Assembly (NCBI GenBank): GCA_944388995.1
Contig: CALXKN010000008.1
Location: 17,160 to 81,159, forward strand
DNA: 64,000 nt
Source of the DNA: an uncultured Spirochaetota bacterium
GTDB lineage: Bacteria > Spirochaetota > Spirochaetia > JAFGXN01
Reading direction: 5' to 3'
The notes under the pieces were generated by a model. The model was given only the letters and a program-made list of their open reading frames with translations, made no database searches and was not told where the DNA came from. Shown here piece after piece: positions 9,762-19,299 of this stretch. The first letter of the stretch is position 1, and each line of letters begins with the position of its first letter. The translations under genes were made by a program, and so were the position numbers.

Positions 9762-10583
9762 TCAATTCACTTTTTCGGCTAAAACGGTTCGTTCGCGTTC
9801 ACTCAAATCGGGTTCTTCACCGGCCAGCAGCGCTTTGACCGCTTTTTTCTCTTTTTCCGACAATTTTACGCTTTTCAAAACGTGGTTACGGAACGCTTCG
9901 CATGCATATGGGCATACTTTTTCAGCAATCATCAGCAGAACTTCGGCATAACTTCGAATTTCTTTTTGCGCATGACCGTCGAGCCGCAATTTTAGAAAGT
10001 GAAACAGATTATGCAAATCGATTTGCCAATACCATTCCGTGTATAAACTGAGCGGCAGGTTGATTCGCGACAGTTCACGTGCAATGTTTTCGCCGATCAA
10101 CTTTTCGTAAGAATCGTAAGCGGCAGTTTGCTGATCAATTAAATTTTGCAGAACCGCTTCCCGAAGCACGGCAGGAACTTCTTCCTCCGAACGCCCTTGT
10201 TTATTATTCTGACTTTGAAACGCAATATCTTCGGCGGCCGGAACGTAAAACTCATTACGCATAACAGAATAACGGCCGGAAATTTCGTTCAGCCGCGCTG
10301 TTCGGTGACGAATCCATTGACGAGCAACAAAAATCGGCAGTTTGACGTGAAATGTGAAAACCACCTGTTCGAACGGAGAAGTGTGTTCGTTTCGCAGTAA
10401 ATAATTGATAAGCCCCTGATCTTCCCGAACTGTTTTCGTTCCGTCGCCGTAGGAAACGCGTGCCGACTGCACAATCCGCGAATCGCTTCCCATATAATCG
10501 ACCAAGCGAACAAATCCTTTATCCAAAACGGGAAACGCTTTGTCCAATACGGCTTCCGCTTCCGGAACGACACAATGCGCCAT
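9762..10583 (-). CDS. thyX: FAD-dependent thymidylate synthase
   Basis: WIRHRTARLNEISGRYS matches the ThyX RHRxxSxxxxSxR motif. Length is 273 aa. Confidence 0.9.
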   Translation of the reverse strand: MAHCVVPEAEAVLDKAFPVLDKGFVRLVDYMGSDSRIVQSARVSYGDGTKTVREDQGLINYLLRNEHTSPFEQVVFTFHVKLPIFVARQWIRHRTARLNEISGRYSVMRNEFYVPAAEDIAFQSQNNKQGRSEEEVPAVLREAVLQNLIDQQTAAYDSYEKLIGENIARELSRINLPLSLYTEWYWQIDLHNLFHFLKLRLDGHAQKEIRSYAEVLLMIAEKVCPYACEAFRNHVLKSVKLSEKEKKAVKALLAGEEPDLSERERTVLAEKVN

Positions 10584-10636
10584 AATCTTACCTCAATTTC
10601 GATTATAATATATTGAACGAAATTTGTCACGTCTTT

Positions 10637-11974
10637 TTAAAAAACAACCGAAACCGCCGGCGCTTCCGGCAAAGGCAGAGCGGCGGCTGGGTTTTCCGCC
10701 GCGCCGTTTTTTTGGACAATGACAACGGAACCGTCGGGCGCGTTTCCGTTGTCCGTATCGTAAGTCGAAAAATTGTACCGGTACAGATAATCCTGCATGG
10801 TGCGGCCGTCGGCGTAAGTATAAACGGCCTTTTCAGGATTTTTCAGTTCGCCGTCATAATAGGAAACGTCGTAGGCGTAGACAAATGTGCCGTCCGCACT
10901 GTAATACTCGCCGCGGACAATGGCAGATCCGTTGACGGCAAAAGTGTAGTAAAAAGTGATTTCTCCGGAGGAAGAGTAGTGGTTTTCCTTAATGGACCGC
11001 GGTGAGCCGCCGCTGTAATTGTAAATCCGTTCCTTTGAAAGAACAAAATACTGCGTCAGAAACTCATTGTCGGACAAACCGGCGCCGGTTTCGTTTTCCG
11101 TTCCCGGACGGCGGGTAAAGTATTCGATCCGTTCGATTTTACCGCTGCGGATGACGCGCCGCTCCGTTCCCTCCCACCGCGTGCGGTCGGGTTCGGTTTG
11201 GTTAAAATCTTTCGAATAATACTGATTGATGTTCAGATAGCGAACCTCCGAATCGGCATTCGCTGTTTCTTCTGTTACTGAGTAATAAAAATGGGCGCGG
11301 TAATGCGACGGCTGTGCTTTCGGATCGGTGTAAATTCCTTCATATCTCAAAAGTCCGTCGCTGTCGTAACCGTAAACGATTGTTTCGATATGCCGCTCTT
11401 CGGAGACGCCCGAAACGGAGGTGTAAAGATAATACGTATCTTCTTTTTTGTACAATCCGTCGTTGGTGTAACTGTAAACCGAATAATTTGAATCATCCGC
11501 CCAGCCTGCTTTGATTTGCTTCAGTTTTTGTGTGAACGTTGTCGGCCGCGACCATGTGACGAAGCGATTGCCGGTCGATTCATTGGAGACGGAAGCGCGC
11601 ACAAAATACGTTCCGGCACCTAAGCGATCCAAATACTGTGAATTGTAGGCAATAAACCAGCCGCCGTTTTGCGTAAAGGTTTCTGTCGTAATCAATCGAG
11701 AGGCGGAAAAAACGCCTTGATAGTTGTCGATATGATATGAAAAATCTTCGTTTTTAGAGAATTCCAGATAATAAACTGAATCGGAAATTGAAGTCCAAAC
11801 GAGGGCAGGATAGTAACACTCCCCGTAATCGGTTTTCGAAAAGACAACCGCATTGGTTCCGATCTCAACAGGAAAACCGACGTAATTTCCGCTTTTCGGA
11901 TCAACGGGATTTTCGAATGCAAAACAGGAAAAAAGAAAAAAAACCGACAATAAGACTAAAATTTTCTTTTTCAC
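10637..11974 (-). CDS. lipoprotein with Tyr/Asp-rich YD-like repeats
   Basis: Signal peptide and lipobox MKKKILVLLSVFFLFSC. Repeated segments resemble YxYDxxG (VYGYDSDGLLRYEG, YAYDVSYYDGE, YTYADGRT). Confidence 0.6.
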   Translation of the reverse strand: MKKKILVLLSVFFLFSCFAFENPVDPKSGNYVGFPVEIGTNAVVFSKTDYGECYYPALVWTSISDSVYYLEFSKNEDFSYHIDNYQGVFSASRLITTETFTQNGGWFIAYNSQYLDRLGAGTYFVRASVSNESTGNRFVTWSRPTTFTQKLKQIKAGWADDSNYSVYSYTNDGLYKKEDTYYLYTSVSGVSEERHIETIVYGYDSDGLLRYEGIYTDPKAQPSHYRAHFYYSVTEETANADSEVRYLNINQYYSKDFNQTEPDRTRWEGTERRVIRSGKIERIEYFTRRPGTENETGAGLSDNEFLTQYFVLSKERIYNYSGGSPRSIKENHYSSSGEITFYYTFAVNGSAIVRGEYYSADGTFVYAYDVSYYDGELKNPEKAVYTYADGRTMQDYLYRYNFSTYDTDNGNAPDGSVVIVQKNGAAENPAAALPLPEAPAVSVVF

Positions 11975-12579
11975 AGACTGTTCCTGTTTAAATAAGTCTG
12001 GCGATATTTTTCTTCAGCTGCATTGATAAATGCCGTCTTTTGAGGTCGGTCTCCGGAAAACAGAACCGCCGCCGCAATCAAAAAACCGCCGGCCGCTGCA
12101 GTGCAAACTCCGGCAGGAACCAGACAAGCAACCGTTTCTTTGCGTGCCTGAACGGCAATCGATGTTTCGACAGCGGCTGTGTAGCGGCTGTACGGAACGA
12201 GCGCACCGCCGAACAAGGCGGCGCCCGCAGCCGCCAGCCCGGCGCCGCTGCCGAGAAACTGAAACGCCAACCGATCACGTTTGCGTCTTGTTTCCAGACG
12301 ACCGATTTTTCCATCGGTTTTTTCGCTCTCTTTTGAAACAATCCGCCTCGATACGTCGAAAAATCGGGCAACAGTCGCCGGTGATTCTTCGGCGATCATC
12401 CGGTCAAAGGCGGCCGTCAGCGTTTGAAATTCATGCAGCAGATCTTCGTCTAAAGGCAGCGGATTCGCCAAAGAGGCTTCGGCTTTTATCAAAAAAAGTT
12501 CCGTCCGGCTGCCGTCAATTCTCTGAGCCGCCGCCGAAAGAGCCGTAAAAAGAAAAACCGTTACAATAAAATTTTTCAT
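11971..12579 (-). CDS. hypothetical secreted/membrane protein
   Basis: An internal ATG at 12579 gives the signal-like N-terminus MKNFIVTVFLFTALSAAAQ. The longer track ORF (to 12693) would overlap the upstream gene. Confidence 0.5.
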   Translation of the reverse strand: MKNFIVTVFLFTALSAAAQRIDGSRTELFLIKAEASLANPLPLDEDLLHEFQTLTAAFDRMIAEESPATVARFFDVSRRIVSKESEKTDGKIGRLETRRKRDRLAFQFLGSGAGLAAAGAALFGGALVPYSRYTAAVETSIAVQARKETVACLVPAGVCTAAAGGFLIAAAVLFSGDRPQKTAFINAAEEKYRQTYLNRNSL

Positions 12580-12643
12580 GCCGCAAAAAAAAGCATCAAC
12601 CGTTATTTTAAACCGATTGATGCTTTTGTCACTGATTTTTATC

Positions 12644-13891
12644 TTATTCGGCAACCGTTTCCGCAGCTGTCTCTTCTCCCGTTCCGGCATCATCGGTTTC
12701 GGTTTCCATCACCGAATCGTCGATTCCGTCATCAACAACGGGGGAATCTTCCGGAGGCAGAACAATCTCTTCCTCTTCCAAAATGATTTCTTCTTCGGCC
12801 GCAAGACGGTCGGCTTCATTGTAAACCACGTCGGCCGCGGCAATTTTCTCGTTGAACTGACGGACAGCTTCCTGATTCAGCTGAAAGCCGGTTTCGATTT
12901 CGGCAAACGCCCGGATTTGATCCAACTCAATCGTGTGTTCGGGAATCATCGAATAAACGTAAAAAACAATATAAGCGTTATAATCACTGTAATCGTACAC
13001 AGCGCTGACGCCGCCGTTCGGAACATCTTTCAATAAATCATCCACGTCTTTTGTGTTCTCGGTGATATAAACAAATCCACGGTTGGCTTTGTAGTCTTTT
13101 CTATCAAAATACGGATTGTCTTTCATGTATTTGGCTGCGGTCTTCATAAAGGCTTTTTCGGAATCGATTTTTGCAATATCCGCTTCCAGTTCTTTGAGAA
13201 GTTTTTCCGCAGCCGTCTCTTCGACAACCTCTTCGACGGTTTCCTCAACGCCTTCCACAATTCCGACCGTTTCTTCCGTTCCGTCGGCATTTTCTTCCGT
13301 AATTTCGCCTTCAATGACCTCTTCCGTTACTTCTTCCTCAACCGGTTTTGTAACAAACAGCTGACTGACATAATAACATTTCGGAACTGTGAAAAAATCT
13401 TCTTTTCTTTCGTCGTACCAACTCCGAACCTGATCTTCCGTCGGTTTTTGGTAAGTGTCGGCATAAATGGTTTCAATCAGTTTGTTCTGTAAAAGCGCAT
13501 CGGCCGTCATCTGACGGACTTCTTCCTTTGTTTTTCTTTCATAATAAGGAAACAACTCTTCGGCAATTTCCAGCGTCGGATAACGGCGGGCGCTTAAAAC
13601 AAAGTAATTGTAAATTTGATCGATTTCTTCATCTTCCAACTGAATCTGATACTCTTGCTGTAATTGCTCTACAACTGTTTCCCGAATAAACTGAGATTCA
13701 ACCATGCTTTTGGCCTGTTCTTCAATTCCCGGAAACCTCTCTTCTTCAGGCGGCAGAATATCTTCTACGGCTTTATTGAATTCGCTGACCGTAATGACTT
13801 TTCCGTTAACGGTCATATACGGACGGTTTCCGCAAGCGGCAACAGTCAAAATAAAAATTACGGACAAAGCCGCAAATAAAGATCTTTTCAT
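12644..13891 (-). CDS. lipoprotein, SurA-N / degenerate parvulin (PpiC)-like chaperone with an acidic low-complexity insert
   Basis: Lipobox LTVAAC. It has a SurA-like N-terminal helical region, an E/V/T-rich tract and a C-terminal parvulin-like segment. It is a paralog of 14693..15718. Confidence 0.55.
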   Translation of the reverse strand: MKRSLFAALSVIFILTVAACGNRPYMTVNGKVITVSEFNKAVEDILPPEEERFPGIEEQAKSMVESQFIRETVVEQLQQEYQIQLEDEEIDQIYNYFVLSARRYPTLEIAEELFPYYERKTKEEVRQMTADALLQNKLIETIYADTYQKPTEDQVRSWYDERKEDFFTVPKCYYVSQLFVTKPVEEEVTEEVIEGEITEENADGTEETVGIVEGVEETVEEVVEETAAEKLLKELEADIAKIDSEKAFMKTAAKYMKDNPYFDRKDYKANRGFVYITENTKDVDDLLKDVPNGGVSAVYDYSDYNAYIVFYVYSMIPEHTIELDQIRAFAEIETGFQLNQEAVRQFNEKIAAADVVYNEADRLAAEEEIILEEEEIVLPPEDSPVVDDGIDDSVMETETDDAGTGEETAAETVAE

Positions 13892-13982
13892 GCGTTTTGC
13901 TCCTTGATATCATTTATTAAATTATAAACCGATTTTCCGCCGCCGTCAAGTCATTTTTACGCCGCGCGGAGATTACGGACCA

Positions 13983-14696
13983 CTACCAACAACCGCCGCG
14001 CTCCAAAATCAATGCCGCGGCGGCGGCCGCTGCCGTTTCGGTCCGCAAAATCCGCTCACCGAGAGCGTAAACGGAAAAACCGTAATCCGCAAACAGCCGC
14101 CGTTCATTGTCGGTCCAGCCGCGTTCACTGCCGACTGCCGCCGTTGCCGGAAGTAAAAACGCACTCTGATGCCGAAACGAAACGGCATTAGGCCGATTAT
14201 CGAAAACAAACCGCGGCTCTTCCGGCGGAAGTTTTTCCAAGGCGGCTTTCAGCGAATAAGGAACGGCAATTTCCGGAAGACGGGTTTCTCCTGCCTGAAC
14301 CGCGCCTTCAATCAGAAATTTTCGATAATTTTCCTCCTTCCACAAAGATCCGGCGCGGTAACTTTTATCGGTCAGTTCGGTCTGTGCAAACCAAATCCGG
14401 CCGACGCCCATGGCGGTTAAATCCTTTAAAAGCCGCCGCGCGGTAATCGGTCTTACCATGCCGACAATCAGGGTCAGTGCAAACAGCGGCGGCGATTCCG
14501 ACTGCGGCTCAAACCGGCAAACGCACTCTTTTCCGTCCATCGCCTCGATGTAAGCCGTTCCTTTCATGCCGTTGACAATACCGGCGGAAAAAGTGTCGCC
14601 TTTGCCTTTTTTCAGGATTTCTTTTAAATGACGGTAGCGTCCGTCATCCGAGGGCAGCACAAATGCCCCCGGTTCGAACAAAATCAGGTTCATCAA
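13983..14696 (-). CDS. rsmE: 16S rRNA (uracil1498-N3)-methyltransferase
   Basis: 237 aa with a PUA-like N-terminus (MNLILFEP) and C-terminal GSERGWTDNE...LGERILRTETAA. This is the RsmE/SPOUT pattern. Confidence 0.8.
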   Translation of the reverse strand: MMNLILFEPGAFVLPSDDGRYRHLKEILKKGKGDTFSAGIVNGMKGTAYIEAMDGKECVCRFEPQSESPPLFALTLIVGMVRPITARRLLKDLTAMGVGRIWFAQTELTDKSYRAGSLWKEENYRKFLIEGAVQAGETRLPEIAVPYSLKAALEKLPPEEPRFVFDNRPNAVSFRHQSAFLLPATAAVGSERGWTDNERRLFADYGFSVYALGERILRTETAAAAAAALILERGGCW

Positions 14697-15718
14697 GCCT
14701 CCGGAACCGCATCGTATTCCAAAGAGAAAACGATTTCGGCATCCTCAAAAAGCAAATCGGTGAGCCGGTAATAAAGATTTTCATTTTTTTGAAGCGTGAG
14801 CAGCAACGCCGCCCAATCCCTCCACTGCGCTTCGGGAAGCGTTTCCGCCGGCAAAATTTCCCCGACATAAAAAACGGAAAAGGAGAGCGGTTCGCCCTCA
14901 TACACGGCGGAACATTCTCCCGGCTCCAACGCCCAAACCGTATCAGTCACGGCCTTTCCGTAACCTCGAAACTCCGGCCAAAAAGCGCCTAAAAATGTTG
15001 CCGGATCATCGAATTCCAAATCAGAGTATTTTTTGACGGCTTTCTCGAATTCCATGCCGTTCTCGACAGCTTTTTTCGCTTTTTCAAGCGTTTTTCGCGC
15101 TTTTTGTTTCCCTTTTTCTGTTCCGTCATGACGTTTCAGAATTTGAAAAACGATTTTGCGCTGCGGTTTTTCGGCAAAAGTTTTTCGATTCTCTTCGACA
15201 AATTGATCGATTTCGGCATTCGTCGGCTTTTCAGCTTCGGGCAAACCGGCTAAAAATTTCATCTTTTTATATTCAATTAAATTATCTCGCAGCATTTCCG
15301 AAACGGGAATATTTTTGTATGCGGCGGCTTTTTCAATCCGGCTTCTGTCTTTGTAAACGAACTCCATAAGAATTTCGGTTTGAGCATCTTCTTCGGCCGT
15401 TGTCATCGTTCCGTTTTCAGCCGCTTTTTGATCAAGCAGCAGCGCTTCGGCTATAGACAGTGCAACGGTTTTTCGAGCGCCGCGAATGTCGTCTTCGCCC
15501 GCAAACGGGTTGTAAATAAGGTAGGCGCCGAGTTTGGCGTCCGTCATGTCTTCCGTGATTTCGGTTCCGTTGACGGTTAAAACGACCTGTTCCGGACTGC
15601 CTTCCGGTACTTCCGGAATATTGTCTGAATTTTCTTTTTTGCAGCCGCTCATCAAAAAGAGGGCGCACAAAACAAACACAATTCTGTTCTTAACAAATAA
15701 ATCCTGCAAAACCGACAT
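14693..15718 (-). CDS. lipoprotein, SurA-N plus parvulin-type peptidyl-prolyl isomerase-like domain
   Basis: Lipobox LMSGC. The C-terminal ENGMEFEKAVKKYSD...ALEPGECSAVYEGEPLSFSVFYV resembles a PpiC-type PPIase domain. Confidence 0.55.
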   Translation of the reverse strand: MSVLQDLFVKNRIVFVLCALFLMSGCKKENSDNIPEVPEGSPEQVVLTVNGTEITEDMTDAKLGAYLIYNPFAGEDDIRGARKTVALSIAEALLLDQKAAENGTMTTAEEDAQTEILMEFVYKDRSRIEKAAAYKNIPVSEMLRDNLIEYKKMKFLAGLPEAEKPTNAEIDQFVEENRKTFAEKPQRKIVFQILKRHDGTEKGKQKARKTLEKAKKAVENGMEFEKAVKKYSDLEFDDPATFLGAFWPEFRGYGKAVTDTVWALEPGECSAVYEGEPLSFSVFYVGEILPAETLPEAQWRDWAALLLTLQKNENLYYRLTDLLFEDAEIVFSLEYDAVPEA

Positions 15719-16703
15719 AATCTCCTTTATAAAATACGCAAAGTTGTCCCGGCGTCACGGCGCGAACCGACGTTTCCCATTCGATAACAATACGACCGTC
15801 GGCTTTCACCTCTTTTACGCGGCCGGGGCGGCCTTCGTCGCGGTAACGGATTTTAACGGTTCCTTCCGTTCCGACGGAACACTCTGTCAGAGCCGAAAAA
15901 TTGACATCACGAATAGTGACTGTTTTGCTAAGAAGCATCTCTTCTTTACCGACGTAAACGGTATCCGATTCGGCGTCAATTTTCAATACAAACAGCGGAT
16001 AGCCGATTCCGATATTTAATCCGCGCCGCTGTCCGACTGTGTAACGGTGAATTCCGCGATGGCGGCCGACTTCTTTTCCGTTCGGCAGCTCTATAAACGG
16101 ACCGTCGGTTTCATCGGAAAAAAACCGTTTGTAATCACCGACGCACAAATCCTGACTCTCTTTTTTTTCGGCTGTCGGAAGACCGGCTGCCGCCGCTATT
16201 TTGCGTACTTCCGCTTTTGTCATTTCTCCCAGAGGAAAAATCGTTTTCGCTAACTGCCGCTGTGAAAGCATCGCTAAAAAATACACCTGATCTTTTTCGG
16301 CATGAGCACCCTTTTTTAAGCGATAGCGCCTCATTTTTTCGTCGTAATCAATGACGGCATAGTGTCCGGTTGCAAAACGGTCGAATTCGATTCCAAGTTC
16401 TTCCGCTTTCTCCCAAAAAATTCCGAATTTAACTTCTCGATTGCAGCGGACGCACGGATTGGGCGTTCTCCCGTTTTCATAATCTTCTTTGACATAAGCG
16501 ATAATTTTTTCGCGATACTCTTTTGTCAAATCAATTTCATAAAACGGGATCTTTAAAAATTCCGCCGTTTTCTTGGCGTCACTGTGGTCATCTTCGGAGG
16601 TCAGTTTCATGGTAATTGCCGTCACATCATGTCCCTGTTGTTGCAGCAAATAAGCACAGACGGAAGAATCGACTCCGCCGCTGAGTCCGATAGCAATTTT
16701 CAT
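15690..16703 (-). CDS. mnmA: tRNA 2-thiouridine(34) synthase
   Basis: MKIAIGLSGGVDSSVCAYLL is the PP-loop motif. The remainder, including NPCVRCNREVKF, is typical of MnmA. Confidence 0.9.
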   Translation of the reverse strand: MKIAIGLSGGVDSSVCAYLLQQQGHDVTAITMKLTSEDDHSDAKKTAEFLKIPFYEIDLTKEYREKIIAYVKEDYENGRTPNPCVRCNREVKFGIFWEKAEELGIEFDRFATGHYAVIDYDEKMRRYRLKKGAHAEKDQVYFLAMLSQRQLAKTIFPLGEMTKAEVRKIAAAAGLPTAEKKESQDLCVGDYKRFFSDETDGPFIELPNGKEVGRHRGIHRYTVGQRRGLNIGIGYPLFVLKIDAESDTVYVGKEEMLLSKTVTIRDVNFSALTECSVGTEGTVKIRYRDEGRPGRVKEVKADGRIVIEWETSVRAVTPGQLCVFYKGDYVGFAGFIC

Positions 16704-16792
16704 GTTGTTATTATAACAGAATTCGTGTAAATTTTAAATATTTTTATTGAAAATTCGCCCGTCATCCTCCATAATAAAAATAGGAGTTTTTT

Positions 16793-17659
16793 ATGAAAGA
16801 GATTAAAGGTATTATTCCGGCAATGGTGACTCCGTTTGACCAAAACGGCGAAGTCAATACCGATTCCGTAAAAAAATTGGTCAACGTTTTGATTGATGAA
16901 AACGCTGACGGGTTTTATGTCTGCGGCAGCACGGGTGAATCGCTTTTGCTTTCCTTAAACGAACGGAAACTGATCCTGGATACGGTTTTGGAAGCCGTCA
17001 ATGGCCGCGTACCGGTTATTACGCAGGTTGGCTGTATTGCTACCCGCGAAGCGGTTGAATTGGCGGCGCACGCAAAAAAAGCCGGCGCCGATGCGGTCTC
17101 TTCTCTTCCCCCGTTTTATTACAAATTCTCCGGAAAAGAGTTGGAGACCTACTACAAAACCGTTATGGATGCTGCCGAACTGCCTATGATTGTTTATAAC
17201 ATTCCGGCTCTGACAGGCGTCAATATGTTTTCCCAGTGTCCGAATTTATTTAAAGATGAGCGCGTTTACGGCGTAAAACACACCACAACAGACTTATACC
17301 AAATGTCGATGTTCAGGGAATTAAACCCGAAACTGAAACTTTATTTCGGAAGTGACGAGCAAATGATTGCCGGACTTTCCATGGGAGCCGACGGCGCCAT
17401 CGGTTCAACATTTAACTTTCAGTGCAAAGAAACCGTCGCTTTATACCGAACGCTGCAGAACAATGATTTCATCGGAGGGCTGCCGCTTCAAAAGAAACTG
17501 AACGAAGCGATTACACTGATTTTGGAAACCGGTTTATATAACTCGATTAAATATATTATCGAGAAAAAATACGGCTTCCCGATGGGAGAATGCCGCAAAC
17601 CGTTCGCTTCTTTGCCCGATGCGGAAAAGACCAAACTGAACCGGTTTTTCGGATTTTAA
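16793..17659 (+). CDS. DapA-family class I aldolase, N-acetylneuraminate lyase-like
   Basis: IIPAMVTPFD...GFYVCGSTGES...YNIPALTG motifs of the DHDPS/NanA family. Length is 288 aa. Confidence 0.75.
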   Translation: MKEIKGIIPAMVTPFDQNGEVNTDSVKKLVNVLIDENADGFYVCGSTGESLLLSLNERKLILDTVLEAVNGRVPVITQVGCIATREAVELAAHAKKAGADAVSSLPPFYYKFSGKELETYYKTVMDAAELPMIVYNIPALTGVNMFSQCPNLFKDERVYGVKHTTTDLYQMSMFRELNPKLKLYFGSDEQMIAGLSMGADGAIGSTFNFQCKETVALYRTLQNNDFIGGLPLQKKLNEAITLILETGLYNSIKYIIEKKYGFPMGECRKPFASLPDAEKTKLNRFFGF

Positions 17660-18252
17660 TTGTTTTCGAGAAAGCGGACGCGGGCGGCTGTCAGTTCCGA
17701 AATTCCGCTTCGAAATTCGCCGGCTTTCGACAGCGGAACAACAACGGAACAGCCGACCGTTTCTCCGAAATTTTCTTTTTGCCATTCGCCGCCGTTTTTC
17801 TCTGCAAAACGGCGGATTTTTTCGTAATCGGCGTAAGAAACTTCAAACGTCACAGCCGCTTTTTCCGTCAATTCTTCGGTTTCCAAATGCGTCAGCAGCT
17901 CTTTGACCGCATCGGAGTATGCACGCACCAATCCGCCGGTTCCCAGCTTGGTTCCGCCAAACCATCGGACGACAGTCACCAAAATGTCGGTCAGTCCGCT
18001 GCCTTTCAAAACTTCCAGCATCGGCCGCCCAGCCGTTCCGGAAGGTTCATGATCATCGGAACAGCCGGCAAACTCTCTTCTTGGGCCGCAAAGGAATGCA
18101 TGACAGACGTGCGTCGCGTCGGGATAACGTTCTTTTTGCCGCCTGATAATTTCTTTGACTTGAGCCGGATTATCAATAAGAAAGTTTTCAGCAAGAAATT
18201 TCGATTTGCAGACAACTGTTTCGCTTTGTCCGCTGCCGACAGCTCTTTTCAT
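17656..18252 (-). CDS. yigZ: IMPACT/YigZ family protein
   Basis: HVCHAFL...DDHEPSGTAGRPMLEVL is the UPF0029/IMPACT signature. Confidence 0.8.
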   Translation of the reverse strand: MKRAVGSGQSETVVCKSKFLAENFLIDNPAQVKEIIRRQKERYPDATHVCHAFLCGPRREFAGCSDDHEPSGTAGRPMLEVLKGSGLTDILVTVVRWFGGTKLGTGGLVRAYSDAVKELLTHLETEELTEKAAVTFEVSYADYEKIRRFAEKNGGEWQKENFGETVGCSVVVPLSKAGEFRSGISELTAARVRFLENN

Positions 18253-19289
18253 ACGATCAGCTTTTCAAATAAACTGCCGATTTTGTTCTTCAATGATGGA
18301 TTTTCATTGAATTTTGAACGAATCAGGCGGGAAATCTCTTCGAAACGATATAAAACAATGCGCTCAAAGTTGAAATGTTTTGCCAACACATCGGCAACGG
18401 CAATTTCCGGTTTGATATAATAACGCAGATTTTTCGGCATAAGACGGCGGTATTCTTCCGATAATCCGGGATTCAGCAGTTTTCCGCGGGCTTTCAGGGC
18501 GCATTCGTCCTCTTCTATAAAATAATCGGTTCCGAAACAGCGGCCGAAAATTTTCAGCGTATCCAAATATCCCAAACGGCAGAAACGATCCAGAAATTCG
18601 CTTTCAAAATCAAAAACGCCGAAAAGCGTCGAAATTTTTCCGAAATCAATCGAATTTTTGATGTAAATCAGATTGACGCCTTCGTAATCGGGCGCTTTAT
18701 TCCGTCCCAATCCGGAAATATCGACGGTAATGATGTTTTTGTATCCGCTGTCGCGGACAATCCGGAAAGGGATATTGTCGGCAATACCGCCGTCCATGCA
18801 CCGTTTTCCGTGAAGCGGCTGCGTTTTGATGCCGGGAAAGGCTGTGGCCGCCAGAAGATACGGAATCAGTTCTCCTTCGGGAATCTCTTCGATAAACAGC
18901 TCTTCCTGCCGAAGCCGGGAGAGGTTAAACGTTGTCAGACCGTAACGGATTCCGCTTGTTCTGATTTTTTTCTCGTCAATATGCCGTTCAAGCAGCCGTT
19001 TCAGAGGCGCGGCGCTGACGCCGAAATTTTTAACAACTCCGATAAGGAAATCTTTTACTCCGGCGTCCGGCGGCAGTCCGAGAATTTTTTCGAGGGTAAC
19101 GGCGCGCCACAACTCAAAGGCCGAATCCCAATCGTTTTGCGCCATCAGAGCGCCGTTTACGGCGCCGATACTGGAACCGATAACAACGTCGTAACAAATG
19201 CCAAGCTCCCGCAACGCTTTCCATACGCCGATTTGGTAAATGCCTTTGGCGCCTCCGCCGGCCAAAACCAGCGCATACCGGTTTTCCAT
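18249..19289 (-). CDS. patatin-like phospholipase
   Basis: LVLAGGGAKGIYQIGV (oxyanion GGG), GSSIGAVNG (GxSxG) and a downstream D-G catalytic Asp motif (MDGGIADN). Confidence 0.85.
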   Translation of the reverse strand: MENRYALVLAGGGAKGIYQIGVWKALRELGICYDVVIGSSIGAVNGALMAQNDWDSAFELWRAVTLEKILGLPPDAGVKDFLIGVVKNFGVSAAPLKRLLERHIDEKKIRTSGIRYGLTTFNLSRLRQEELFIEEIPEGELIPYLLAATAFPGIKTQPLHGKRCMDGGIADNIPFRIVRDSGYKNIITVDISGLGRNKAPDYEGVNLIYIKNSIDFGKISTLFGVFDFESEFLDRFCRLGYLDTLKIFGRCFGTDYFIEEDECALKARGKLLNPGLSEEYRRLMPKNLRYYIKPEIAVADVLAKHFNFERIVLYRFEEISRLIRSKFNENPSLKNKIGSLFEKLIV

Positions 19290-19299
19290 ATACGCCTCC

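Noticed and set aside
17590-18420. 276-aa plus-strand ORF. Similar long antisense ORFs lie at 18810..19529, 28193..28996, 5534..6226, 12030..12548, 54424..54984 and 32889..33371.
   Set aside because: Each is antisense to a gene with clear family motifs: yigZ, the patatin gene, the amylase, rsmI, the SBP gene and yidC. Their Arg-rich, low-complexity translations are typical of non-coding frames.
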